A DNA stretch of 64,000 bases. Origin: Macrostomum lignano (Eukaryota). Shown here in pieces: positions 1 through 12,290 of this stretch. The position numbers and the translations under genes are program-made. Where the stretch lies: NCBI GenBank assembly GCA_002269645.1, contig NIVC01002719.1:82908-146907 (forward strand), given 5' to 3'. The notes under the pieces were generated by a model. The model was not told the origin of the DNA and ran no database searches. It saw only the letters and a list, made by a program, of their open reading frames with translations. Position 1 is the stretch's first letter. Every line of letters begins with the position of its first letter.

Positions 1-499
1 AGGCCAAACACCCCGCTGGGAAAAAATCAAAGTGGAGGTCCCACGCCTCGCGGCGAGAAAAGGGCAGAAGAAGAAGTAATAGATTAGGTAGTAATTAGTA
101 TTAAGGGTCCAGAAACTTCGGTGCCACCTACGCCGGGAGGCGAGTAAAAGGTGGATGAAGAATTTCGTCATAGATATATTCTGTCTGAAAATGATATGGC
201 ACCATTTCAGGCATGCTGCGCGTCTACCGCCTCTTTACCATGGTCTGCAGTTTTCAACTGTTTTCCGCATCACGACAACGTTATAACTTTAAATACCGCT
301 TTACTATTGTCTGAAATCTAGTAAATTTGCGCTTTACCATTGCCTGCAAACTTTTATGCACGCTTTACCATTTCACTATTACTTCTATAGTTAGTTTATT
401 TACCAGAGTTATCCTTTCACTTTACCATAAGTATACCAAGTTATATGGCGTTTTTTAGTTTTGTGAGCAAGCCGAAAATCTATCGCTAGAATGAGAATG

Positions 500-960
500 T
501 TCAAGATTTCACATTAAGGACAAAAACGGCAAGACGTGCCTTGTATACAAGGAGACTGCAACCAAGACCAATGCAGGAGGTTTGGGTGACACTTGCTACG
601 AGCCAAAGGAGGTCATCCAGTTTCCCAACGAGACTAACCCTGCTCGCTGCTACGTTCGATTGTTTCAAAAAACATGTCTGTACGGCCGAGCGGCAATAAA
701 CGGTTCTATTTGTTGCCCGCTAAGGCGCCTGCGCACATTTGGTTATTCCATCGACCGATCGAAAAAACCAGCTGAGCAAATTTTTAGCCGACATGTGCAA
801 AACGGACATCGGAGTGTCACCGGTGTGTGGACGTATAAGCGAACGTCGGATATTCAGATTTGTCATTCATCGGCAGTCTTGGACAGCAATACGCTTTTTG
901 AGGCTGCTAAGGAGTCTGGTGCCAGCAGCTTTGTCTCATTTTTTCAGTCCAAGGTACAAT
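500..960 (+). pseudogene. Crypton-like/DUF3504 (tyrosine-recombinase-derived) fragment, frameshifted
   Basis: Translation CLVYKETATKTNAGGLGDTCYEPKEVIQFPNETNPARCYVRLF then, after a frameshift, KNQLSKFLADMC resembles the DUF3504 pattern (Y.E..SK.N.GGL...K.V....N..NP.RC.VRL; N.L.k....mC). Catalytic C-terminus not recognised. Confidence 0.55.
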
Positions 961-1566
961 GATTTCATTATTGAGTGCTGGGCTCGTGTTTATGGAGAAA
1001 TCAAGTGCGCCCGGATCCATGTCTCCTCTGAGGCAAACCCGCTCGCCAGTTGCGAAAAAAAGGAACAGGGTCACTCATGACTCGCAGCGGGGGGTCTTGT
1101 TTTCATGGCGCAATCTATTTCCCTTTTTAATTGCGGCCCCTCTCAAGGCTTTGTTCAGAAAGCCCTTGTTACCCCCTTTCCGTTTCACGGCCCAGGGAAT
1201 TCTCTAGACCTGGAAGTGACACTGGCAAAATCGGACCGGACTGCCCGGGCCAAGTCAGGCCATTATTTTTGGCTGTGAAGGGACAAGAGAGGAACTGACT
1301 GAGTGTAAGACATGTTAGAAAAAACCGTAGGTTTGAGGGGAAAAGCGAATGATAAGATGTGGGTGAGAGATAAGGGGGGGGAGGAAAAATGTGCATTTGG
1401 GAAAAAAGAAAAGGAACTGAGGAAGATTGCTGGCAAAAACATTACGCACAATTGTACATGTACAGGAAAAAATTACTATGCACAGCCTACCTGCTTTTGC
1501 CCTTCTCGGGTGTTAGTTTTTTATACGCTTGCATAAGTCTTAGCACGTGTAACCCATGATTTATCT

Positions 1567-2480
1567 ATGCAAGTAATACAAAATGAGCAACTTGGGAACT
1601 TCGCGGTGTTCGGCTACAAATCAGGCTATTCGTCAGAAGGAACTGTAGGAAAAAGCTATTACGTTTTCCCAAAGGATTCTGTACTGAGACAGCAGTGGCC
1701 TCGTGCTATACCAAACACCGACCTAAAGGCCACGTCTTCTCAGCGTGTTGCCCGAAGCACTTCACGGAAGCTGACTTCGTCAGAGAATTAACCAACGAGA
1801 CCACCCGTCGTAAGAATCGAAAATTCTTAGAAGCGAAGCTTCAACAAGTTCGCCTAAATATTGCTGCAATGCACACTAAATTTGACAGTGTGCCGAAGTA
1901 CCCCAGCAAGTCAGCGCCAATGGAGAGGACTACAGGTGCCTTGTCCTTATCTCGTCTGCAAGTGGAGAATGCGCATTTGAATGAGATGATCGGCGAATTT
2001 CTAAGCTTTGATGAGTTGCGTACTCTCAGTGACCTGCTAGACAAGTTGGAATCGGCCAATGTTCCATCCGGATTTGTAAGAAGCACGAACGCTGGATCAG
2101 CTTATTTTTTCCTGATCGACACATCCATCTCAGACTCCACACCGCTGCCGCCTCTGGGGGCCAAGCCCGGAGCCCGGGGCAGTTTTCGAGAACTGCGTCG
2201 CGGTGTTGAACTTCCTCGGGAAGGCGGGCGCCGTCTGACGACCGGTGCCATAAGCCCTGGCCCGAGCGCGTCCGAAGAAGAAGAAGAAGAGAAGTATGTG
2301 GTCCTCATCATCGACGAGGTGACCACCGCGAAGAGAGTGGAATTTAACTGCAACTCCATATATGGTCTCAGCAGCGATGGCAAGGTAGCTTCCTCTATTT
2401 TGGCGTTTCTCGTCAAGTCAATCGGTGGGTCCTTCTAGGATTTCGCTGTTATTTTTCCGATTAACTGTCTTACAGCAGCC
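1567..2480 (+). pseudogene. THAP domain + P-element (THAP9-like) transposase, decayed
   Basis: THAP-like AVFGYKSGY...FPKDSVLRQQW...(C)PKHFTEADF...RL across a frameshift near 1750; start of the RNase H-like core VVLIIDEVTTAKRVEF...GLSSDGKVASSILAFLVKSI. Confidence 0.75.
2140..2290 (+). mobile_element. Short GC-rich insertion with (GAA)n tail, probable 3' end of an RTE-type retroposon
   Basis: GC-rich segment interrupting the transposase and ending in gaagaagaagaagaag; a similar GAA tail occurs at about 66-77. No TSD established. Confidence 0.35.
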
Positions 2481-2539
2481 ACCTGAGTAGCCTTGCTGGT
2501 TCAGTCGGCACAGACAGACTGCCAACAGATTGTAGCATC

Positions 2540-3165
2540 GCATATGGAAGCCAGCACGCCTTTACAACGCTGTTTTGCTGTAAATTTTGACGAAGTATAT
2601 GTCCAGTCTTCGCTCAGATTGGCCGGCGGTCATGCCGTCACTCAGATTTTCTGGCGGCCATGCAGTTGGCTTTGCTGAAGATGCTCCTGAAAAGTTGGTC
2701 CGCACTGTCTTAGCCATCATGGTGAAGCCTCTAATGGGAGCAGACGCTTTTGTTGCCCCTTTAGTGCCAATTTTCAGCCTCAAGCCGCAGTTCCTATCCA
2801 ATCAGTTAGTAGGTTGGTTATAAGGCTGTTCAGCTAATAACCATAATTCATGACTGCGGCGACAGTGTAGTTACACTCATTTGTGATAATCATTTCAGTA
2901 AAATAAACTGTTTTAACATGTTTGAGTGTGAATGCACAGAAACACCCTGACAAGCAATCCTGAGGATCTGAGTAAACCCCTTTATCTACCCTGACACTGT
3001 CCACAAAATGAAAAAAATTCAGAATAATTGGCTAACTCAAGGCTACATGAATTTCAGTTCTCTCGAATATCAGATGGACCTTCAGTCTGTGCTAAATGGA
3101 GTGACTTGGTTGAAATTGAGGAGAAATCTCGAAAGCATTTTGTGCGATCAACTACACTAAGCCCA
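2540..3165 (+). pseudogene. Second, distinct P-element-like transposase fragment
   Basis: FAVNFDEVYVQSSLRL.GGHAVGFAEDAPEKLVRTVLAIMVKPLMG...PLVPIFSLKPQFL and later FQFSRISDGPSVCAKWSDLVEIEEK match the DEV motif and downstream segments of THAP9/P-element cores. Confidence 0.65.
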
Positions 3166-3169
3166 GCTT

Positions 3170-4121
3170 TGTCTGACCCTCCCTCCTTAGAGCGGGCAAG
3201 CCCAGCTTCGTGTGACCCTTCCTCCTTAGAGGGTCAAAGGGTATCACTCGATTTGGGGGTCTTTGACGAGACAACGTCCCGCCGAGCAAGTGAAATCACG
3301 GAAAGTGGATACTGAACAACCGAGCGAGCCTGAGTACAAGACTGATGTTAAAATCAATTCCGATGTCGTGAGGCCACACGCCGACCGACCACCTCGGCTG
3401 TGGAAAGCACCTGGCCGACTACAGTACAAGCAGTTAGTAGTTCCAACCTGGACCTGATTAAATGGGAGGTGAGTGAGCGTTGCGTTACTTTGTAATGAAT
3501 GTGCCTCTCTCAGCCTGCCCTTGTATTGTTTTGCGCCCATTTCACTCGCCCTTGCATGCTCTATCCATCCCACCCTTGCGTTGGCTCCATTTATCGTTGT
3601 AAACCCAACCTCCTGCCTTATCCTTTCTCCGTCGCCCATTGAAATTGTGCCCCCCCCCTGGTGCTTGTGTAAGCCTCCCGGTGCCTGATTGGCGGATGAT
3701 TTTGTTTTTATGGTGTATTCTCAACCCCTTTCCAGCCCTTTGCGATGTACCCATGACGTGGGCTTAGCCAGTTGGCACTCTCTGATTGGCTGAGAGTCCC
3801 TGGGGCCTGTCTGTCTGGCGCCTCTCCCCTTTATTATGCCTGCCCTGGCCTGTCTATGAGGTCTCTGCGGCCCCTGTTTCTATCGCACTCGCCCTCTGTT
3901 CAACTCTGCTCCTTTGCATTTTGTTCCTGTAATATTGCGACTGGGAGTAAAAAACTGGGACTAGTAGTTGGCTTTTATCCTGCTTCGAGGAATGGTAAAT
4001 AATTGTAAAGTGAAGATGGTCAGAAAGCAACATTTGTAGTTTCCCCAACTATTGAAACCTTAGCATTCCGTTGGATCATCAACTCAAAGGCAACTAGTCA
4101 TATACGCTCGTAACGCGCTCA
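3170..4121 (+). mobile_element. 3' end of a Gypsy-like element: integrase tail, PPT and LTR (about 3470-4121)
   Basis: RPPRLWKAPGRL tail, purine tract aaatgggagg (3460-3469), then a segment starting TGagtgagcgttgcg and ending cgtaacgcgctCA with imperfect inverted ends. Confidence 0.5.
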
Positions 4122-4124
4122 CTG

Positions 4125-4220
4125 GAGCTACTGGTAAACTACAAGGAGTTCAGTCAACCGGAAAAGGTGCGACTGGGAGACGATCGGGTCGTTGAAGCAT
4201 ACGGAAGTGGACAATTTCCG
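4125..4220 (+). pseudogene. Ty1/Copia protease-region fragment
   Basis: ELLVNYKEFSQPEKVRLGDDRVVEAYGSGQF matches the Copia V.LGDG..v.a.G.G motif after the catalytic DSG. Confidence 0.5.
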
Positions 4221-4747
4221 AGTCTCAATGCTCTTCCTCATGGTAAGCAGCTAGAGACAGTTATTGGAGAATAAATTAACGTAAATTAATTAACGTTTAA
4301 ATTAACGTGAATAAAAAAAGAGTCGGTTGCCATTTAGTCGACACTGAACGGCAACGTAGATTCCAATTACAATCGCAAAACTACGTCGCCGCAACTTTTG
4401 TCGACCAAGTATAATATTTGGAAAAAAACAAAAGCAACAACAATATATTAGTGCATCTCCCCTTCTTTGAACGCAAAAGTTTGCTGATTGTATGCAAAAT
4501 ACAGTTGGGTTCGCGAGGAAAGGCTCAATTTTCGCGAGATCTCGCCAGCGGTCTCGCGAGAATCTGTGTGCAACTCGTTCGTCATTGGCTGAGCCATTAA
4601 CTGGGGAGAGTAAGATTGAGCGCTGTTTGAGGTGGGTTGTTTATAGAGGTTTCCCGCTTTTTCGGCGTCCACCTCAACAGTTTCTCATAAGTTTTTTATG
4701 GCAAACCCTTTCTTGTTTTTCCCCATCGAAAATACATTGTCTGACAC

Positions 4748-4927
4748 CAGGGGCGGATCCAGAGGGGGGGGGGGGCCAAGGGGGCCATGCCCCCCTCAGC
4801 CGCGGCCAAAGAAATTTTGATCATACTTTTTTGGCCTGCTACTATGCCAGGTCTACTTTCCAATATAGGGTTCTAGTGCTTGGTATAGCTTGCCCCCCCC
4901 CTTAAAAATTTTATGGATCCGCGCCTG
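4748..4927. mobile_element. hAT-like MITE nested in the Tc1 element
   Basis: Termini caggggcggatcca / tggatccgcgcctg; 8-bp flanks tctgacac / tctgacaa (7/8 TSD). Confidence 0.8.
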
Positions 4928-4976
4928 TCTGACAAAACTGATAGGAAGACTAACAGCAATTTCACGAAGCTTGCAA

Positions 4977-5504
4977 ATGGAGATTGGACATCGCCTGACG
5001 GACAAGCAACGTATTGATCTCCTGTCAAAGTTTTACTTAGAGAAAAGAAGTGTAGCTAAAATTAGTAGCGAAATTCAGGTCTCCCGGCGTGCCATCAGGC
5101 GCCATCTTACTCTGTCAAGGACAAAAATTAGCAAGGATAAATCTCTGCCCCGAAAATGGGGGCTTCATCGATGCGCTGCTTGACGCCACTAATGGCCACG
5201 ATTCAGCTCAAGACTTGTGCAATAGGGTGAGATTAAAGTTTGGTTTGCGCCTTTCTATCTGCACAATGAAAAGAATTCGGCGACTGTTGGGTTGGGTTAG
5301 AACAACAACACAGTATTGCCAGATGATAAAGTTGAAAAATCAACCCATTCGGCTATTATGTGGAGCTACCTCAAAGATCATCTGGACAAGAAGATCAAGC
5401 CAAAGACGGAGCAAGCACTGGCCAATGGAATTGAAGAATTCTGGAAGCTACTGACTGTTCAAAAATGCAACAAATTTATAGAGGGAATTCCCTCAGGATT
5501 TTAA
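4977..5504 (+). pseudogene. Tc1-like transposase, frameshifted and with the DDE core deleted
   Basis: HTH region (RLTDKQRIDLL...SVAKISSEIQVSRRAIRRHL; LSICTMKRIRRLLGW...YCQMI) joined directly to the C-terminal WSYLKDHL..IKPKT..L..GI..FW...C.KFI segment. Confidence 0.8.
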
Positions 5505-5765
5505 GCTGGTTTGCCTGCTTCTTGTTTGTAACACGGACACTCTCAGCTCGGTGCGGGGCCATGGGGTGGGTGTTCTCGGAGCTAAATAACTGACTGGCTT
5601 GCATCGTGATCAAAATCTAACAGCTCACCTTAAAAGTAACATATCGTTATCTTTTGTCAGTCTTTTTTCAGTTCTAACTTTTGGCCTATTGTTTCGGTTT
5701 GTATAGCGATAAAAACAGCACGCAAAGAACTCACTATAATGACTTAGCTTGCAGATTAACTTCAA

Positions 5766-5850
5766 TCACTCGCTCACACTCACTCACTCGCTCACACTCA
5801 CTCTCTCACTCGCTCACTCACTCACAGGCACTCACTCTCTCACACTCAGA
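5766..5850. repeat. (CACT)n-like microsatellite
   Basis: cactcgctcacactcactcactcgctcacactcactctctcact array. Confidence 0.85.
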
Positions 5851-8799
5851 AGTTCAAGATTGGGGTTTTAGTTAAGCTTTCTTATTTTAGGTGTATATTG
5901 TAAAACATTTTGTTTTACAAGACGAACTGTCGGCAGATGAATGAACTGGAAACCCTTGATGGTGCACACTATATTGTCCCCTCCATTGTCATGTTGCTCA
6001 CTACTTATTTCGTAATTAACATTGTAAACTGCAATAAAAAACGCAAATTTTTCACTTCGCTGGAATTAATGATTTTTTTACATTAATCTTAACATCAAAG
6101 TACGCATTGATGTTATTTAACAAAAATCTCAAAATTCTAATTAAAAATAAATTGTATGACGATTACGAGAATCTTAGTATGTAACTTACTAGGCAACAAT
6201 TTTCACTGCTTTGAGACGATTTATATAACTACACTCCGAAATATATCAAGCAAAGCTCTGTTGAGCTCGTACGAGCCCTGGACCCCCCATTTCGCAAACC
6301 ATGCATGCACCAACCCCAATTATCCCCATCCCCAGTGGGTTTTCTCTCTCGATTCAGCTTACAAGCTTAATAAACGCTCAGCCAATGGGTAGAGAGAGTT
6401 ACACACAGATTCTCGCGAAATCTCGCGAAGTTCTCGCGCGATTTGAGCCTTTCCTCGCGAACCTAACTGTAATTCCCATTGCAAAAAAGATACCATATTT
6501 TGCAAGCTAAAACATGGTATTGTTTTGATAGTCGCGTCATCTTCAACACGAAGGTACGAGTATGTCAACCTTTTTGATTTTCTCAAGAGGCTTTGTATGT
6601 CCGTGACGTCAATACATCAAGGTGAACAGCGCAGTGTGGTAGAGAGGCTGATAAATAGAAGCTAGAGCCGAATACCGACAGAAATGACTGAGTGATGCAT
6701 GTGTACATGGATGTACGGAGATGAGTCAGTGGACATACCAGTACCAATGAACTACGCGGAAAAATTCGAGTCGGCCATTATGTACCCAACCGTCTTTAAT
6801 ATCCACCACTATTTCTCACATAGCTTCATGGAACCAGCTGAATTGGTAATTGAAATACATTGGTTTCTTATTTTTCTTGTTTTTCAGCAGCACCCAAAAT
6901 TATAGTATTCTAGCTCTAAAGTTAGAGCTTTAATACTTAAATATTTGAGTCTCTTTTCATGTTTTTACTATAATTTTACAGCACAACGTGCATGTACATC
7001 CGTTAGTTAGATTTTCAAAATTTAGTTTTTAGCTGCTTATTTCAATAGTTTCTTTAATATTTGGAATGTTATTAAAATATAAATTGATATAGAATCATGC
7101 GTAAACGAATCACCCAGTAAGCTAATCCTGTAAATTGGTTGGATGGTAATTTAGTGGATTCAATCCTGTCATCACTCCAATTCAAACCACAATTTCTTAT
7201 TTAATATTTAATCAGTGTGGGCGAAGGTCCATGATGCTGTTCGGCGCCCGATTCCGTAAATACTGAGCGAGCGCCTGCAGACCCAGACCAACCGCACAAA
7301 GAGAGGACAGAAAAATGCACACCAGGAATTCCTGGAGCTCTTTCTGTTCGGTAGGTTCACTGAGAGTCATCTCCTAGCTTCACTCAATCAACCATTCTCA
7401 CTGTCCTCCATTTCACTTTCCTCTGGTACACTCACCATTTTCACTTTCTCTAACAGTACACTCTGCACTCACTAAATGCACAAAGTCACACTCAGTAACT
7501 GTGTGACGTTGCTAGTTTAAGTGGTCCCGCAAAAGGGCCGTTGGACTATAGTTTCCCTTGTAATTTCTCATTTTAATTTCTCCAATAGTTTATTTTAACG
7601 TTTACTTGTAGTAGCATGCAAATAATCTGTATCAATTGCTAATTCACTGTGTATTTGGTAGGCCTTGCGTTCGTCTGTAAATTTTAGCACGATCGATAAT
7701 TTCAAGTTCTCTAGCCAGCCAATGAAGGCTCTCCGTGTTTTATGCTACCCCCTTTTGCGCTCTTTATTAACCCCCGCCTGGCGGCGGGCTGGGGGGCCTC
7801 CTCACTTCGGGCTCCTCTCCTTCTGCCTCCTCCCTTCGCGGTTCTTGTTTTCCTTCTCTCTCTCTCTCTCTCTCCTGGCTGCCTCGAGCCTGCCTTATCT
7901 CTCGCCACGGCCCACCCTGTCTGGGCCCGTCTCGCCAGCCAGACCTGTTTACGCCTTTCCACTGCCAGTCTATTCTCCTAGTGCCACTGCACTGTTTGCT
8001 CACTGCCATCATTCACCACTTGGGATCACCTTCATCGTGCTCAATCGCCTTCAACTTAACTCAACTTATTGTTGCGCTGCCGCCAGTGCCCAGTACAGTA
8101 GCCCGCTATATTGAAACTGTTAACCCTTGTGTCAATCTGACTACTACTCAAATAAACAAGCCTACGGCCAACTTGTTGCCGCGATATTGCCAGTGCTACC
8201 GCTACAAACCGCCGTGTTGTCTCAACTAGTATTTCTTCGTCACGACAAAACTCGTGACAACTGCATACACCCGCACTCTCACTTTTCCTTAAGATAAATA
8301 TGACAAAAATGCAACTAACGCAAAACACCTGCAGTCAATTAGCTTAATATTAGATTACCTTTTTATCTTTCATACAGTTATCAAATAATTTGTTGCATTG
8401 CAGTGGCAACAAATCGCAGTTGCAGTGGTCTGAGCTGCAGTCTGTCTGAGGTAGTGTCTTGCAGTTCGGTTTTTCCACGACGCGGCTAATCGCAACGGTG
8501 GATGCGCGGACCGAAAAAGGCGTCGCACGGCAAATACAGCGCAGCGCACAGGACCGCTCGACCCGGACTTGACGTATGAGCCTTGAATTTAAATTTGACT
8601 TAGAAATTTGTGAGGCTACTGCAAGCGCTTACATATCCCATTATATACTAAAATATCCACTTATATTATATAGTTACACTTTTAATGAATATAATAGTGG
8701 AGCCAAGTAACTATGGAATAAGAGCTACTTTTTTGTTTGCAAAACTAATTATTTGCAAACGGTGTGAATTATTTCAGCGGTACACAATTAGTGTACAGA

Positions 8800-9130
8800 A
8801 ACCGGAATTAGACAATGAGATCAAACGTTTGGTATCGCGCATATATACAGAGACAGTACAACTTACTCCAAGATTCCCTCTTAGACACCAAATCTCCCTT
8901 TCAAAAATTATCTTACTTAATCCCATCCTCTCGTTAATACGAGTTGCTGTTTGGAAATAACGTGTTGCAGTCTTGAATCAATGCTCATATCCAGTGCTGC
9001 TCATATAAAAGATGCGTCTCACATCTAAGTCAGCCTTTCCTTTGTACCATTCCTTTTATACTCGAAACCAAGGCTAACGATGCTTGTAGCTAAACTCTTG
9101 AATAACAGATTGCTTTCGTAATCCTGTACA
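8800..9130 (-). pseudogene. Highly decayed CR1/L2-like LINE RT fragment
   Basis: Minus-strand remnants QEFSYKH (cf. Q.GFR), LDVRRIFY (cf. LDFSKAFD) and GV*EGILE*VVLSLYICAIP (cf. GVPQGS.LGP.LF.LYINDIP) in the expected order, with many stops. Confidence 0.35.
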
Positions 9131-9179
9131 TTTGCATATGATTCTGTACTGCCTAAAAAGATACAGTTTACATATAAGT

Positions 9180-12100
9180 GAAGTTACAGGTGTTCATTTT
9201 AGGTACTTTGCAGGAGTAGGCAGCCTTACTTATACTATGGCGCCAGCACTCTTAACCGTGAATGAAGGCCACTGCTATTTAGAAATATTCAACAATAGTT
9301 TGGCTGAAATTACGATTAGAAATAATGTACTGCTTGGAGTAGCTAGTCCGCTTAACTGGCAGGACTTAGCTTACTTCGAAGAGCTATCAGAGGCGCGAGT
9401 CAGACACTAGCAGCCGGATGATGCCCAAGCAGAGAAGAGCTGGATAGATCAGATAGAAATTAGTGACCAGCTCTCAGCAGATCAGAAGAAATTAGTTAGG
9501 AAACTGCTGCTCTAAAAGAGCGCAGCTTTCGCCAAAGACGAGCTAGACCATGGGCTCACGCATCTAGCGACTCATGAGATGATCATGACTGATAACACTC
9601 CAGTCAGAATTCCGCTACGCAGAGTTTCGCCGCACTTGCAGGAAAAGCTCGATGGCGTAATAGATTAGATGTTGGCAAAGAACATCATCAGGCCAGCATA
9701 CTCCAGTTACAACTCGCCAGTGCTGTTAGTACCTAAAAAGGATGGAACAGTTAGATTAGTGTTAGATTATCGCGAGTTGAATAAGAAATGTTTAAGGCAC
9801 GCCAATCATCTGCCTAACATTCAAGATACCTTTGCTTGCTTAAAGGGCTCGAATTTCTATTCTTGCCCAGACTTAGCGCAAGGTTTCTTTCAAATTCCGC
9901 TTAGACAAGATCAGCATAGAACAGCCTTTTCAATAACTAATCGTGGCCAATTTTGCTTTAATGTGTTACCAATGGGCTTGACTGATTCGCCTGGCTCATT
10001 CCAAAGGACAATTAATTTGCTCCTAGAGAGATTAAAGCCCCATATTGCGCTCGGGTATATGGATGACATTATAGTTCATTCAGTAACCTTTGAGCAGCAT
10101 CTCGCGCACTTAGAAACAGTGAGCAGCGCGAAATTGACGCGAAATTGAAGCTGAAAGCGAAGAAATGTGCGCTATTCTCAGCTGAGTTGGCTTACTTAGG
10201 ACATAAGCTAACTCCTGTAAGTGTTAAGACGGATGAGGCGAAGTTCGCCTCTATCCGCGATTGGCCAGTGCCGCGCACAGCATCTCAGTTGCGCAGTTTT
10301 ATAGGCCTGGCCCAGTACTATAAAAAGTACATTAAAGACTATTCTAGCATAGCATCGCCATTGCACGCGTTAACGCGCAAAACTATCACTAGCCTGTCAA
10401 AATTATGGACTGATGAGCATCAACAAGCTTTTCAGGCCCTGAAGGACAAATTATGTTCTTCAGAGTTTTAGCCTATCCTGAATTTACCAGTAATCCTAAG
10501 GTGTCATTCATCTTGGACACAGATGCTAGTGATATTGGAATTGGCGCATGCTTAGGCCAGATTCAGTCTGATGGCGAAAAGCATCTTAGTGCTTACTTCA
10601 GCCGCAAGTTGTCAGCTGCAGAAATGCGCTACGCGACAACTAAGAAAGAGTTGTTAGCGATTGTCAATTCTCTCCGACATTTCCGCTACTATCTATTAGG
10701 GAAAAAGTTTAAGATTAGGACGGACCATTCCACGCTGTGCTGGCTACTTCGCCAAACAGAAGCCACCGGAATTTTAAGTCGTTGGGTGCAGAGATTGGGT
10801 GAGTTTGATTTCGAGTTGTCCCATAGAGCTGGGAAACTGCACGTCAACGCTGACATGTTGTCCAGGAAGCCGGAGACCCCGGCCCAATGTTAAAATAGCG
10901 CCATAGGTGCGCCAACGAAAGATGCTGCTGTGAAGCGCATCAAAAGTGCCTGCGAGAAATCAGACTGGGAAAGAAGCGAGGAGGCCACTGTGAATTTAGC
11001 CCACCCGCCAGAAATCCCTTAACACTCAGGATGTGATGAAGGCGCATTAAGGCCCGACTGCTCTCCCATGAGCCCGCCTAATGCAAACGATAGTCTAACT
11101 AAGACTCCATGGCTCGACTGCTTTCCCATAAGCCTGCCAGGTGTCGCCAAACCAAGTGCGCAGAACTCGAATTGCTCCCCGCTGAGCCGTTCTGCTGCAA
11201 TGCTGACTATTTCGAAGGTCAAATTGAATCGATCACTGACCCTGATGTCGAGCAACCCTGCTAAGATGAGCACTGAAGCGTCGATACGATGCGGATTCCA
11301 ATCCCGCCTTCGACATACCAATCAGCAGAGGAAGAATTCTGCCAGAGCCAAAAAGGCGCCTCAGAATTGGCTGCCAGCATCTGAGTGCTCTGATGATGAT
11401 GCGAAAGGTTCGGACTGCACGACAGAATCTGAGACCAGACGACAGCCTGATTCGCCGGATGCATTGCCGAAGCCTCAGATGGAATTCGACTCCCACCAGT
11501 CACCGTCGCTGCCAAGATGTCGATTTCAGCTGACTGAAGCTCTAGAAACACAGATTACAAGACAGGAGCTGCTTAAAGCGCAGGAGAGACCATGTACTCG
11601 CGAAAATCGCTGAGTTGAAGGCGCAGAGTGCGCCCAAACCGTCTTTTGACGAGAGACTAAGCATGAGCAAGGAAATGAGAAACCTGCTCGGGTACTATGC
11701 GACCCTATGATTAGATGATGATGGCATTCTAATGATAGATTTTGATGATAATCGACCCATTAGATTTGTCTTGCCAAAGGAGTTAGACGATGCAGTAATG
11801 CGCGCACTGCATGACTCCCCGCTAAGCGGCCATTTGGGCCAGAAAAAGACTGCAGAGTCCAAAAGTTATTCTGGAGACCCGGAATTCACACCGTGGTCGA
11901 TCGTTATATCGCCCAGTGCAGAGCTTGTTTAGAGAGCAAAGCCAGAGGCGCAAATTGCATTTGCCGCCTCAAAAATTCCCGGTCGAAGATGTGTTAGACC
12001 GCGAACACTTGGGTATCATGGGCCCAATTAATCAGCCTAGTGCTGCAGGCCATAGATATGTCCTAACCTTGTGTGACGCGACGTCGAAGTATCCGTAGGC

Positions 12101-12290
12101 CTATGCTGAGAAATCAGAAGGCCAAGACTATTATTAAAGTGATTCAGGAACACTTCATCCCCATTTACGGTGTGCCAGCCCAATTCCATTCTGATCAAGG
12201 AACCAATTTTACGGGCGCCGCCCTTAATAATTTTTGCAAATTAAATGGGATAAGACACACAGTAACTTGTCCATAGAAGCCTGCATATAA
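9180..12290 (+). pseudogene. pol: Ty3/Gypsy pol (RT, RNase H, integrase), decayed, no LTRs seen
   Basis: RT YNSPVLLVPKKDG..RLVLDYRELN...LPMGL..SP..FQR...YMDDIIV; RNase H DTDASDIGIGACL...EL LAIV..L.HFRYYL...TDH..L; integrase HDSPLSGHLG and FHSDQGTNF. Several stops and frameshifts. Confidence 0.9.

Larger units (their letters stand above)
4502..6469 (+). mobile_element. Tc1/mariner element with imperfect TIRs of about 100 bp and TA target duplication
   Basis: TA|cagttgggttcgcgaggaaaggctcaa at 4500 and ttgagcctttcctcgcgaacctaactg|TA at 6471 are inverted repeats flanking a Tc1-type transposase relic. Confidence 0.85.

Noticed and set aside
1-77. Possible RTE/SINE 3' end with GAA tail
   Set aside because: Too short and cut by the window edge; no TSD or coding support.
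7500-8250. Possible solo LTR (tgtgacg...cgtcacgaca)
   Set aside because: No second copy, PBS, PPT or TSD to fix the boundaries.
11385-11425. CTGATGA...GAAA hammerhead-like core
   Set aside because: Helices I and II cannot form; it lies in the Gypsy coding spacer.
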